The notes beneath the pieces were generated by a model, which was not told the origin of the DNA, searched no databases, and saw only the letters and a program-made list of their open reading frames with translations. The translations under genes were made by a program, and so were the position numbers. From Fibrobacteria bacterium (GTDB lineage: Bacteria; Fibrobacterota; Fibrobacteria; UBA11236), in assembly GCA_041746255.1 (NCBI GenBank), contig JBGTHM010000123.1, positions 1 to 62,835 of the forward strand: a stretch of 62,835 nucleotides of DNA, given 5' to 3'. Position 1 is the first letter of the stretch. The number at the start of each line of letters is the position of its first letter. Positions 9,437 to 18,907 of this stretch are shown here, one piece after another.

Positions 9437-12151
9437 GTGCCGCTCAAAACCTACATCCGCCTGGCCGGAACCAATGGATTCCTTCCCGGGCCCATCGACC
9501 TGCCCGGCCGCGAGAACGGCTACCCGCTGCTGGAGGGCGCGCACGCCGTGCGCATGTTGCGACAACGAAGCAACGGTTTTACCGGCACCCGCCACCTCCG
9601 CTTCCACGAACCCTTTTTCGCCTCTTTTCCTTTGGACAAAGCTTACCCCTCCTTGATGGAGTGCCTATGCCATGGCGGCACTTTGCCCGTGGTGGAGATT
9701 TCGCTGTGGGATTTGGTGGAGGGAAGCGTTGAGGAGGAACCGAAGGAAAAGCGGGTGTTTCTCTACACGCTCGAGAACGTGCGGCTGACGCAGGTGCGGA
9801 CGCTGATGCGCGGGGCGCGGGTGGACAGGCTTGACGGCGGGATTTTGATGCAGGCGCGGGTCGGCATGGTTTATGACAAGGTGACTTGGCTGCATGATGA
9901 AGGGTACATCCTTTTCTGGGACAGCTTGAAGGATACGGGGAAGGAAGAGGCCAAGCCGGAGGAGGATTGGGGCGAAGCGGAACCCGGGGCGGCTCCGGAG
10001 AAAAAGGCTGTGGAGGTGTTGTTGCAAAACCCACTGTGGGACGTGGCGGAAGTGGGCTTCAACGAGGAGGCGACGCTGTCGGTGGACTGCGAACTGCCGG
10101 AGGAGTATAAGAGCCGCAAGCGAGTACAGTTCGTACTTTTCGCCAAGACGCCGAAGGGGCCCGAGCAAATCGCCAAGGCGGACGGGTTTACCGAGAATGG
10201 ACGGGCGAGTTGTAAGATGCCGGTGTATAAGCCGCGCTACCGGGGGGAGGACGGGGAGGGTCTCCAAGAGGTGGAATATTTTTTCACGGCCAAGCATACC
10301 CTGTCGGAGCCGGTGGATTCGGGGGCCAAGCCCGAGGGCGTGAAGTCGGTGGATAAGATGGCCGACCCTCTGATTGACACGCATGTGGTGGCGGGCGTGA
10401 CGTTTGGATTTGATGGGAGTTTTCTGCATCCGAACCAGATTCCGAATTTGAAGGCATTGTGCGATCAAATCGCGGCCTGGCGGAAAAGTTATCCCGACGG
10501 GAAGATGGCGTTGTTCGGGCATACGGATGCGGTGGGCAAGGAGTCTTACAACAAAGGGTTGTCGGAGCGGCGGGCGCGTTCGGTGTATGCGTTTTTGATG
10601 GGTGACCCGAGTGTGTGGGAGGACTTGCATAAGGAAGAGAATTGGAGTTTCGCCTGCACACAGGCTTTGGTGAAACAGGCGGGTTACGACCCGGGGGCGA
10701 TAGACGGGTTGGATGGGCCCAAGACGCAAGGGGCGGTGAAGGGTTTTCAGGAGTTGCAGGGGCTTAAGGCCGATGGGATTGCGGGCCCGCAGACGCGGGA
10801 GGCGCTGTTCATCGAATTCATGCGGGCGGTTCCGGAAGCGCAGAAGTTGGCGCTGATGCCCAAGCATTTCGACAAGGTTGACGGGCAGCCGCATATGGGT
10901 TGCAGTGAATTCAATCGGGTGGAGGTGACGGAGGGTAAGAGCGAGGCGAACCGACGGGTGACGGTGGTGCTGGTGAAGTCGACCCAGACTTTTCCGGTGG
11001 AGTATCCGTGCAAGCGCGGGAATATCGGGCCGTGCCAGGGGCAGGTGAAGAAAGCGGGAGAGCGGCGGACGGAGGGGTTTGGGTGTGCGTTTTATGATGG
11101 GTTGGTGGTGGAGGAAAGCGGACTTGCAATAACAGAGGTAGAATGGGACAAGGCTTCCGGATTGGCTTGGGACAAGGACAACAGACCTGAAATGAGATTC
11201 GGGATCAAAGTAAAATGCAAAAAGCCTGATATCGAAGGTGTAGTTCTGGAAATATTTCAATTCTCAGCTGATGGCAAGCATACCCTTTACAAAAAAGCAG
11301 ACGGTCTGAAGGTGAAAAAGGGAGTGCTGCTTGGCCCAGATAATGTCCCAGTTGAGATAAGAATGAGCTGGCACGAACGAATTTACGATTATGGAGGTTC
11401 GCAGTATTTTGCCAGACTTACCGCGGAGGGTAAATCAACTTCCAGCAAAACCGAAAAGCAATCGCTATTGCACATTAGACATTATAACGGAATTGTAGCG
11501 AACCCCAGTGGAGATTTACCTGGCGCGGGTCAAGAAGGCATATGGGTGTCCGATTTCATGAAAAACCAAGGCCCGTGGCTAGAGGCAGCCGAAAAAAAGA
11601 TACTACAAGACGGCCATGCAACTAAGCTCCTCAATATTGCTGGAAACGCAGAGATGAAAGAGCTTCTAGAGGCGAACAAGTTTATTCACCACCAGAGCAG
11701 TCATGGAACCGCATACTGCACATGTGACGGTATTAAAAATTATTTTGAAGATACCGGGGTTGCCGGGGCGGATGGAAGCAATGACTACGCCTGCCCCGTG
11801 TGTAAAAAAGCATCAGACGGAATAGGCGTAATCATGATGAAGGATTTCTCAAATATGTTTTTCAACAGCGATGTCCAAAATTTGGCTCGATCGCCGAAGG
11901 TGTTGATTTTTTCGAACTGCTGTCTCACTGCAATTACGCCAGCTTATGCTGAGGTATGGATTCAGAAAGGGACTAGATGGTTTATTGGGTGGGCACTACC
12001 TGTCGGGGATAATGATGCGGTCGAGTTTGCGAAAGCATTTTACCGCCGCTGGATGAATGTTTACAAAATGGATCACGGGAAAGTAAAAAGTGCATACAAT
12101 GACGTAAAAGCACCTTATGCCAAATATAGGCCAAGAATTTTTGGGAGATGA
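9437..12151 (+). CDS. Multidomain protein: Hcp-like N-terminus, OmpA-C domain with inserted peptidoglycan-binding domain, C-terminal CHAT/caspase-like peptidase
   Basis: Hcp-like: GRE..., HEPF...DKAYPSL..LCHG.TLP.V.I, YTLEN, VYDKVTWLHDEG. OmpA: GHTDAVGKESYNKGLSERRARSV...ANRRVTV. PG-binding: GYDPGAIDGLDGPKTQGAVKGFQ...DGIAGPQT. CHAT: IHHQSSHG, LIFSNCC, FIGWALPVGDNDAVEFAKAFY. Confidence 0.75.
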   Translation: MPLKTYIRLAGTNGFLPGPIDLPGRENGYPLLEGAHAVRMLRQRSNGFTGTRHLRFHEPFFASFPLDKAYPSLMECLCHGGTLPVVEISLWDLVEGSVEEEPKEKRVFLYTLENVRLTQVRTLMRGARVDRLDGGILMQARVGMVYDKVTWLHDEGYILFWDSLKDTGKEEAKPEEDWGEAEPGAAPEKKAVEVLLQNPLWDVAEVGFNEEATLSVDCELPEEYKSRKRVQFVLFAKTPKGPEQIAKADGFTENGRASCKMPVYKPRYRGEDGEGLQEVEYFFTAKHTLSEPVDSGAKPEGVKSVDKMADPLIDTHVVAGVTFGFDGSFLHPNQIPNLKALCDQIAAWRKSYPDGKMALFGHTDAVGKESYNKGLSERRARSVYAFLMGDPSVWEDLHKEENWSFACTQALVKQAGYDPGAIDGLDGPKTQGAVKGFQELQGLKADGIAGPQTREALFIEFMRAVPEAQKLALMPKHFDKVDGQPHMGCSEFNRVEVTEGKSEANRRVTVVLVKSTQTFPVEYPCKRGNIGPCQGQVKKAGERRTEGFGCAFYDGLVVEESGLAITEVEWDKASGLAWDKDNRPEMRFGIKVKCKKPDIEGVVLEIFQFSADGKHTLYKKADGLKVKKGVLLGPDNVPVEIRMSWHERIYDYGGSQYFARLTAEGKSTSSKTEKQSLLHIRHYNGIVANPSGDLPGAGQEGIWVSDFMKNQGPWLEAAEKKILQDGHATKLLNIAGNAEMKELLEANKFIHHQSSHGTAYCTCDGIKNYFEDTGVAGADGSNDYACPVCKKASDGIGVIMMKDFSNMFFNSDVQNLARSPKVLIFSNCCLTAITPAYAEVWIQKGTRWFIGWALPVGDNDAVEFAKAFYRRWMNVYKMDHGKVKSAYNDVKAPYAKYRPRIFGR

Positions 12152-12158
12152 ACCAAAT

Positions 12159-12476
12159 ATGATTACTCCTGAAATAGCCATATTCAAAATGGAAGCCTAT
12201 CGGGCTGAACTCGACATTCCAAAGGAAGCCCGGATATCGTATATTGAAAAAAGGATAATCGAATTAACTGGCTTAGAAAAAGCAGAACTCCAATCAATTT
12301 ACCAAGGGCAGAAGAATAATCTAAACATCGAGGAAGGCCCGGAAAAAAATGGAAAGGAAGGAATGCCACTTGTTCAGATTATCGTATGGGTCGGTCGCTA
12401 TATCCACCGATCTCTTTTTTGGGAATTAACAATTGACAAGGATGGAAAACTTGTCAGATTGAGAAAATCAAGATGA
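12159..12476 (+). CDS. Hypothetical small protein (candidate inhibitor/immunity protein)
   Basis: ORF directly after the fusion gene; GGGAG upstream of ATG 12159; same AT-rich composition as the CHAT-coding part. Confidence 0.6.
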   Translation: MITPEIAIFKMEAYRAELDIPKEARISYIEKRIIELTGLEKAELQSIYQGQKNNLNIEEGPEKNGKEGMPLVQIIVWVGRYIHRSLFWELTIDKDGKLVRLRKSR

Positions 12477-13117
12477 TTCGTGGCGATTTCATACTGATTA
12501 TGGCATGTACCATCTACATCGCCTGTGAAAGCAAGGAAGGCGCCTCCTCCTCTAAACCGGCTTCGGGGCCGCTTTTCAGTAGCTCAACATCTGGAGGTGT
12601 AGCTATGAAAGATTCTTCACCAGGAAATGGGGACATATCAGATCACCAACCTACTCGATTTGCGATTGCAGGAGAGAAGTATATTTTCCTTAAAGTTGCC
12701 GATGCCCGCAACAAGCCTAGTGGACCATATCTCGGTAAAACCGAATTTGAAAAAACAGTCGGGAAAAATCAGATTCTCCTTCATTTACTGATTCCGGGTA
12801 ATATGGCCTCGCCGGGTGGTAAGGACAAGATTAGTCAAATTGTGCATACTACTTCGGATAAACGGGAAGTATTGAATACTCCGAGCCGGCTATTTAGAAG
12901 CCCCAATTCTCCGCTTATCACATACTTGGTAATAGATTTCGGGAGTCCCGGCACCTTGTCCATTTTTTTTGCCGATTCTAGCTCTCCGATCGTCTTCCAG
13001 CTCTTACAAGTCGAACCTCCTCTTTTCGATTTGCACTTAAGTTGGACCGAAACAATTCCTGCCACAATTTCATACCAGAATATCCCCAAATTCTTGTGGG
13101 CGGAGATGCCGAAATGA
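12473..13117 (+). CDS. Hypothetical putative lipoprotein
   Basis: MIRGDFILIMACTIYIAC lipobox-like signal followed by a Ser-rich linker; ATGA overlaps on both sides. Confidence 0.6.
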   Translation: MIRGDFILIMACTIYIACESKEGASSSKPASGPLFSSSTSGGVAMKDSSPGNGDISDHQPTRFAIAGEKYIFLKVADARNKPSGPYLGKTEFEKTVGKNQILLHLLIPGNMASPGGKDKISQIVHTTSDKREVLNTPSRLFRSPNSPLITYLVIDFGSPGTLSIFFADSSSPIVFQLLQVEPPLFDLHLSWTETIPATISYQNIPKFLWAEMPK

Positions 13118-14109
13118 TCGCAGGGAAAGAACATATTATCAAACATTGCCTGGATTTTCTGGAAGACCGCCAGTCATTCCTTTACGGTGCTCGTCCCACT
13201 AAGTATTTGCTTGCCTCCCATTTCAGTGATTATGATGGAATGCTGAAGCGCGATATTCTTTATTGTAATTTCAGCGTTTTACAGAGAGTCATCGAGGCCG
13301 AAGTTAATGCCGAAGCATCTGAATTTTCCATTGAGATTCAATCGCATGCCGGTACCAAGGACGGCTCAATAAGAATTGGAACGTATTTTCAATATCTTTC
13401 CGGTCAGCCGCAATTTATGCTGGAAAAAGGTGCGTCTTTCGATATTTCGTTGCCTCATTTTAAAGTGGCCGCACGCATCGCTAGCTTTTCGGAAAATAAT
13501 ATCGTAATTGCCGCTGAACGATTGGAGCAATTGTTCTCACCCGATTATGGCATAGAACCCAGTCTATCACAAGAGGTTGGCGCTTGGTTAAGTGCTTCAT
13601 TTTCAAATTATGGACAATCAAATTGTGTCGGGTTATTTGATATTACGACTCAAAATCATGCTGAGCATAAAAGCGCAATTATACTTTGGGAAAAGTTTTC
13701 TGAAGTGAATATAGACAGCAGTGGCGAAAAGGTGCCACAGGTATTTAGGTGGCAAGAAGTCAATTTAATTGAAAGTTCCAATTTTTCTTCCATAAGCAAT
13801 GCGGATTGTATCGGGATTCTTCATGAAAACGGTTTTGAAGAACCCAGGCATTCAAAACTTATTGGGACAACTCCGCTTGAATGCGATGAAAATAGCGCCT
13901 GCATTCAAATTCGCTACGAGCATTTTATTCCGGATACAGATGAGAACTCCGGGGATCTTGCGTCAGTACCTTATAGAAACACGGGATACATCATTGTTGA
14001 AGATGAATTCTGGGAATACTATTTGGACGGAAAATCGCGAAAAGTAATCGGTGGGTATTGGAAATGGACGAATCCCGGTGTTGAGGTGATGGAAAGTTCC
14101 AAGCATTAA
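13114..14109 (+). CDS. Hypothetical acidic protein
   Basis: Long ORF, coupled to the upstream gene through ATGA at 13114; no motif recognised. Confidence 0.6.
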   Translation: MIAGKEHIIKHCLDFLEDRQSFLYGARPTKYLLASHFSDYDGMLKRDILYCNFSVLQRVIEAEVNAEASEFSIEIQSHAGTKDGSIRIGTYFQYLSGQPQFMLEKGASFDISLPHFKVAARIASFSENNIVIAAERLEQLFSPDYGIEPSLSQEVGAWLSASFSNYGQSNCVGLFDITTQNHAEHKSAIILWEKFSEVNIDSSGEKVPQVFRWQEVNLIESSNFSSISNADCIGILHENGFEEPRHSKLIGTTPLECDENSACIQIRYEHFIPDTDENSGDLASVPYRNTGYIIVEDEFWEYYLDGKSRKVIGGYWKWTNPGVEVMESSKH

Positions 14110-14203
14110 TTTCTTCGTCGCCAAAATATTATTGTCAGATTATCAATTAGTCTCGCATTAATTCTTATTACTTAAATGCATTTCCCGCGCCAGAGGAGAC
14201 TAA

Positions 14204-14242
14204 TCTATTCGTCGAACTTAGCATAAATGCTAAGTTCGAGCG
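14204..14242. repeat. Palindromic direct repeat, right copy
   Basis: TCTATTCGTCGAACTTAGCATAAATGCTAAGTTCGAGCG, containing perfect 13-bp inverted arms (14212-14239). Confidence 0.92.
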
Positions 14243-14333
14243 GAAAAATTGCGAGTTGTAGTGGCCACCAATATCCCGGCCGCCCAATACGGAGCCAAAG
14301 AAGTTCGCAAATGATTCATCCGAGCGAAGTACG

Positions 14334-15341
14334 TTAGACTTCGACCGACTGCTCTAAACCATGCAAAGCCGCGCCCATCAAAGCCGCTTTGTCGTTCAGG
14401 ATAACCCGTACCGGAAACCCCGCCAATTGGCGCGAGAGCTTTCCCTTGTTCAAAAACGCGCGCATAAAGCCGCCTTTTCCCAGGCGCGCAACGATTTTGG
14501 GAGCGATGCCTCCACCGATGTAGACCCCACCCGTCGCCCACGAAGCAAGCGCCACATTGCCTGCTTGCGCGCCGTAAATCCCGATGAATAAATCGAGCGC
14601 CTGTCCGCACAACGCAGAACGTCCCTTGAGTGCGGCGGTCGAAATGACCGCGGCTTTGTCGCCCCGGGCCAACTCCGCCGAAAGCCAAGCCGGTTCCCGC
14701 ACGGCCTTATGCTCCTTGAGAAAAGAGTAGATATTGAAAATCCCTCGCCCCGAAAGCAAAAGCTCGTAGCTCACATGCCCGTATTCGCCATGCAGATATT
14801 CGTATAACCGTGCCTGCAACCGCGATGTCGGAGCGAAATCGGCGTGTCCGCCTTCGGAAGGAGAAGGGTGATATTTTTTCCCATCCCAGTAAAGCATAGA
14901 TTGCCCTAAACCGGTCCCGGCCGAGAGCAATGCGCGATTGCCCTTTGCCCGGGAGTCTCCCTTATTCAGAGTCAGAAAATCGCCGGGCTTCAGTCCCGCA
15001 ATGCCGATTCCATTGGCCACCAAATCGTTGATGAGGCCCACCCGTTCGATTCCCAGCGTTCGCGCCACGCGCGCGGCATTGGCGACCCAGGGCAGATTGG
15101 TGGCTGCGCTTTTTCCGTTGTGCACGGGACCGGGAACTCCGAACCCCGCGTGTTGCGGCTTATAGGGGTGGCGTTTCAAAAAATCGCGCACCATGGAGTC
15201 GAGGCTGGTGAAATCGGCGCTGATATAGCGAGTAAAGGCGAGTTGACGCAGTTTCGCGCTCTCCAAGGCGTAAAGCGCCAAATTGGTTTTCGTGCCCCCG
15301 ACATCTCCCGCCAGGAGAATTTCATGTTTAGCAGTCGCCAT
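14334..15341 (-). CDS. glk: Glucokinase
   Basis: LAGDVGGTKT, ATNLPW, LIND, GTGLG, SEGGHADF, GGVYIGGGI. Confidence 0.95.
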   Translation of the reverse strand: MATAKHEILLAGDVGGTKTNLALYALESAKLRQLAFTRYISADFTSLDSMVRDFLKRHPYKPQHAGFGVPGPVHNGKSAATNLPWVANAARVARTLGIERVGLINDLVANGIGIAGLKPGDFLTLNKGDSRAKGNRALLSAGTGLGQSMLYWDGKKYHPSPSEGGHADFAPTSRLQARLYEYLHGEYGHVSYELLLSGRGIFNIYSFLKEHKAVREPAWLSAELARGDKAAVISTAALKGRSALCGQALDLFIGIYGAQAGNVALASWATGGVYIGGGIAPKIVARLGKGGFMRAFLNKGKLSRQLAGFPVRVILNDKAALMGAALHGLEQSVEV

Positions 15342-15350
15342 GTTTTCCTC

Positions 15351-16958
15351 TTAACCCAGCGAATCGTACGGAAGGTCCCAGGTACGGTCGTCACGGGACA
15401 GCAGCGTATCGGCTTCACCCGGCCCCCAGCTGCCGGCGGGGTAGAAATGCAAACCCTTCTCGCCGTCCTTCTTCCATTTATTGAGCACGGGATCCAGAAT
15501 CTGCCAGCACTCCTCAATGCCGTCGCTGCGAGAGAACAGGGTTTGATCGCCGGTCATCGAATCGAGCAGCAACCGGGCGTACGATTCGGGTTGGGCCATG
15601 GAAAAGGTTTTCTGATAGTTGAAATCCATCTTCACCGTGCCCAGACATAATTTGGGTCCCGGGTATTTGGCTTCCAGGCTCATGGTTATGCCCTCGTCGG
15701 GCTGAATGCGGAACCGCAGTACGTTGGCGGCCAATTGCTCGGCGGGGATGGGTTGAAAAATGGAAACCGGCACATGCTTGAATTGAATGGCGATTTCGGT
15801 GACGCGTTCAGCCATGCACTTTCCCGAGCGCACGTAGAATGGCACTCCCGCCCAACGCCAATTGTCGACTTCAAAGCGCATGGCCGCGTAGGTGGCGGTA
15901 GTCGAGTCGCCTTTTACGCCTTTTTCCGCGCGATAAGCGGGCGTGGATTTTCCTCCTGCCGTTCCTGCCGAATATTGCCCGCGAACCGTATCCCGGTCTA
16001 TGGTGGCCCGCGTGAAAGGGCGGATGGATTTGAACACCTCTATTTTATTGTTCCGGATGGGGTCTGCCGAAAAGAGCGACGGGGGTTCCATGGCGATAAG
16101 CGCCACCAATTGCAGCAGGTGGTTCTGAAACATGTCGCGAAGCACGCCGGATTCTTCGTAATAGCCCGCGCGATGCTCCACGCCCAGGGTTTCCGAGGCG
16201 GTGATTTGCACATGATCGATATAATTACGGTTCCAGGCGGGTTCGAAAAGAATATTGGCGAACCGGAACATCATGATGTTTTGCACCGTTTCCTTACCCA
16301 AGTAATGATCGATGCGGTAAATTTGGCATTCGTCCAACACGGAATGGAAGTCACGGTTCAATTGCTGGGCGGAAGGCTTATCGGTTCCGAAGGGTTTTTC
16401 CACCACCACGCGCACCCATGGGCGGTTATCGCCCGGCGGCTGGTTCAACTCGGCTTCTCCCAGCATACGCACGATAATGGGGTAGAGTGAAGGAGGAGTG
16501 GAGAGATAGAATACTCGGCGACCCTGCACACCGAAGCGTCCGTCCAATTCCGCCAACAATTTTTTCATGGCCAGGTAGCCGCCTCTATCCCCGTAGTCGC
16601 AAGTATGGTAGTGGAAGCGCCGGATGAAATCCGAGAAGACCTCTTTTTCCTGCGTTACGGAATCGCCCAAAGCCGTGACCAGAGTCGAACGGAATTTCTC
16701 ATCGTCCATTTCCGTGCGCGCTACCCCCAAGACGTAAAAGTTCTCCGGCAATAGTTTGCGGGAGAACAGGTGGAAAAGCGAAGGGATCAATTTACGGAGG
16801 GTCAAGTCTCCGGAGGCGCCGAAAATGACCAGTCCACAAGGCTCGGGCTTGGGTTCCCACAGGCATAATTCGGCTTTGGTGAACATCCGGGTGGTTTGCG
16901 TCAGGTTCAAATCCAGGTCTTCCATGTCATCCATCATGATTCTCCAGTCTCGGTCCAT
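15351..16958 (-). CDS. zwf: Glucose-6-phosphate 1-dehydrogenase
   Basis: IFGASGDL, RIDHYLGKE, RDMFQNHL, WRWAGVPFYVRSGK. Confidence 0.97.
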   Translation of the reverse strand: MDRDWRIMMDDMEDLDLNLTQTTRMFTKAELCLWEPKPEPCGLVIFGASGDLTLRKLIPSLFHLFSRKLLPENFYVLGVARTEMDDEKFRSTLVTALGDSVTQEKEVFSDFIRRFHYHTCDYGDRGGYLAMKKLLAELDGRFGVQGRRVFYLSTPPSLYPIIVRMLGEAELNQPPGDNRPWVRVVVEKPFGTDKPSAQQLNRDFHSVLDECQIYRIDHYLGKETVQNIMMFRFANILFEPAWNRNYIDHVQITASETLGVEHRAGYYEESGVLRDMFQNHLLQLVALIAMEPPSLFSADPIRNNKIEVFKSIRPFTRATIDRDTVRGQYSAGTAGGKSTPAYRAEKGVKGDSTTATYAAMRFEVDNWRWAGVPFYVRSGKCMAERVTEIAIQFKHVPVSIFQPIPAEQLAANVLRFRIQPDEGITMSLEAKYPGPKLCLGTVKMDFNYQKTFSMAQPESYARLLLDSMTGDQTLFSRSDGIEECWQILDPVLNKWKKDGEKGLHFYPAGSWGPGEADTLLSRDDRTWDLPYDSLG

Positions 16959-17135
16959 CCCGACAGTATTCGTGCTCTATACTAGATCCTTTCCCGCGGG
17001 TATGCAATAGCGGAAAACGGAGCGGATAAGCCGGTAATTAAGGGGTAAGCCGCAAACCTCTTATTATCTTTTCCCGATGTCCCATTTCCTGGCGCTCCCC
17101 ATCCTGAGGGATAGCAAACAAGTGGCGGAAAAATC

Positions 17136-18905
17136 ATGACATTGGACGGTTGGATAACGCTGGCGATTCTGTCCATGACGCTTTTGTCGTTGTCTTTGTC
17201 GCGCATCTCGCCCGACCTTATTCTCGCCGGAGCGCTTACGCTCTTATTGGTGACAGGTGTCCTTCCAGTCGAGGCCGCGCTGGCCGGCTTTTCCAATCCC
17301 GGATTGTGGACGGTGGCCGCGCTTTTCGTGGTGGTGGCGGGATTGGTGGATACCGGCGCCGTACACGCCCTGGGACAACGGCTCTTGGGTCGGCCGAAAT
17401 CGGTTGCCGCCGCCCAAGTGCGACTGATGCTACCGGTAATGGGCATGAGCGCCTTTTTGAACAATACGCCGGTGGTGGCCATGTTGGTGCCCGTCGTGCA
17501 GGATTGGTGCCGCCGCCATCACCTCTCCGTTTCCAAATTGATGATTCCCTTGAGCTATGCCGCTATTTTAGGCGGTACCTGCACGCTCATAGGAACCAGT
17601 ACCAACTTGGTGGTCAACGGTTTGGTGCAAACCCGCACCGATTTGGGTGAAATCGGATTTTTCGAACTGGCCCGTGTCGGCATCCCTTCCGGGCTATTCG
17701 GATTGGCCTACATCCTTATTCTCAGCCGCTGGCTGCTTCCGGAGCGCAAGCCTCCCCTGGCCGAAGCGGAAAACAGCCGCGAATATTGGATCGAAATGGT
17801 GGTGCAACCCGACAGTCCTATCGCCGGAAAGACCATTGAGGCGGCCGGACTGCGGCATTTGCCCGGTGCCTTCGTAGCGGAAATCGAAAGACAAGGTTCG
17901 ACCATTCCGGCGGTTTCACCTCGGGAAATGGTGAGGGCGGGCGATAGGTTGCTTTTCGTGGGCGCGGTGGAATCGGTAGCCGATCTCATGCGGCTCAAAG
18001 GCCTGGTACCCGCGCAAAACCAGGTTTTCAAACTGGATACTCCCCGGCCCGAAAGGCGTTTTTACGAGGTCGTGATTTCGGGCAGCTCTCCGGTGACGGG
18101 GAAAACCATCCGTGAGGGCCGCTTTCGTTCGCGGTATAATGCCGTGGTGATAGCCGCGGCCCGCAACGGCGAGCGCGTCAAGGGCAAAGTGGGCGATATG
18201 GTCTTGCGCCCGGGCGATACCTTGCTTCTCGAAGCGCGACCGCAATTCCTGGTTCAGCAACGCAGTTCGCGCGACTTCCTGCTTGTCAGCGAAATCCAGG
18301 ACGCGGCGGCGCCCCGCCACGACAGGGCGGGGCTTTCCCTGGGTATTCTCGCTGCGGTGATTTTGGCGGCTTCTTCATCCATAATGCCTATTCTCCATGC
18401 GGCACTTCTCGGGGCCGGCTTGATGATACTGACTCGTTGCACCACCGGACCTTCCGCGCGCGCCAGTATCGACTGGTCCCTGCTTATCGTTATCGGGGCT
18501 TCGCTCGGTCTCGGGGAGGCGTTGAGCCGATCCGGAGCTGCGACCGTCATTGCCCAGGCTTGGATGGGTTTGGCGGGCGATAGCCCTTGGTTGGCATTAT
18601 TCGCCATTTACGCCATAACCAGTTTTTTCACGGAAATCATTACCAATAATGCCGCGGCCGTACTGGCCTTTCCCTTGGCTCAGGCTACGGCCATGGGGCT
18701 GGACGTAAGTCTGTGGCCTTTCATCATAGCCATCATGATGGCCGCTTCGGCCAGTTTCGCCACTCCCATCGGTTATCAGACCAATATGATGGTGTACGGA
18801 CCCGGTGGCTATCGCTTCAGCGATTACCTCCGCATCGGGTTACCGCTCAATATCTTATTGGCGATAGTGGCCGTGCTGATAATCCCCTTCATCTGGCCTT
18901 TTTAA
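17136..18905 (+). CDS. SLC13/DASS-family permease with two TrkA-C domains
   Basis: SAFLNNTPVV, LGGTCTLIGTSTN, FATPIGYQTN motifs; central RCK-C repeats. Confidence 0.9.
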   Translation: MTLDGWITLAILSMTLLSLSLSRISPDLILAGALTLLLVTGVLPVEAALAGFSNPGLWTVAALFVVVAGLVDTGAVHALGQRLLGRPKSVAAAQVRLMLPVMGMSAFLNNTPVVAMLVPVVQDWCRRHHLSVSKLMIPLSYAAILGGTCTLIGTSTNLVVNGLVQTRTDLGEIGFFELARVGIPSGLFGLAYILILSRWLLPERKPPLAEAENSREYWIEMVVQPDSPIAGKTIEAAGLRHLPGAFVAEIERQGSTIPAVSPREMVRAGDRLLFVGAVESVADLMRLKGLVPAQNQVFKLDTPRPERRFYEVVISGSSPVTGKTIREGRFRSRYNAVVIAAARNGERVKGKVGDMVLRPGDTLLLEARPQFLVQQRSSRDFLLVSEIQDAAAPRHDRAGLSLGILAAVILAASSSIMPILHAALLGAGLMILTRCTTGPSARASIDWSLLIVIGASLGLGEALSRSGAATVIAQAWMGLAGDSPWLALFAIYAITSFFTEIITNNAAAVLAFPLAQATAMGLDVSLWPFIIAIMMAASASFATPIGYQTNMMVYGPGGYRFSDYLRIGLPLNILLAIVAVLIIPFIWPF

Positions 18906-18907
18906 GG

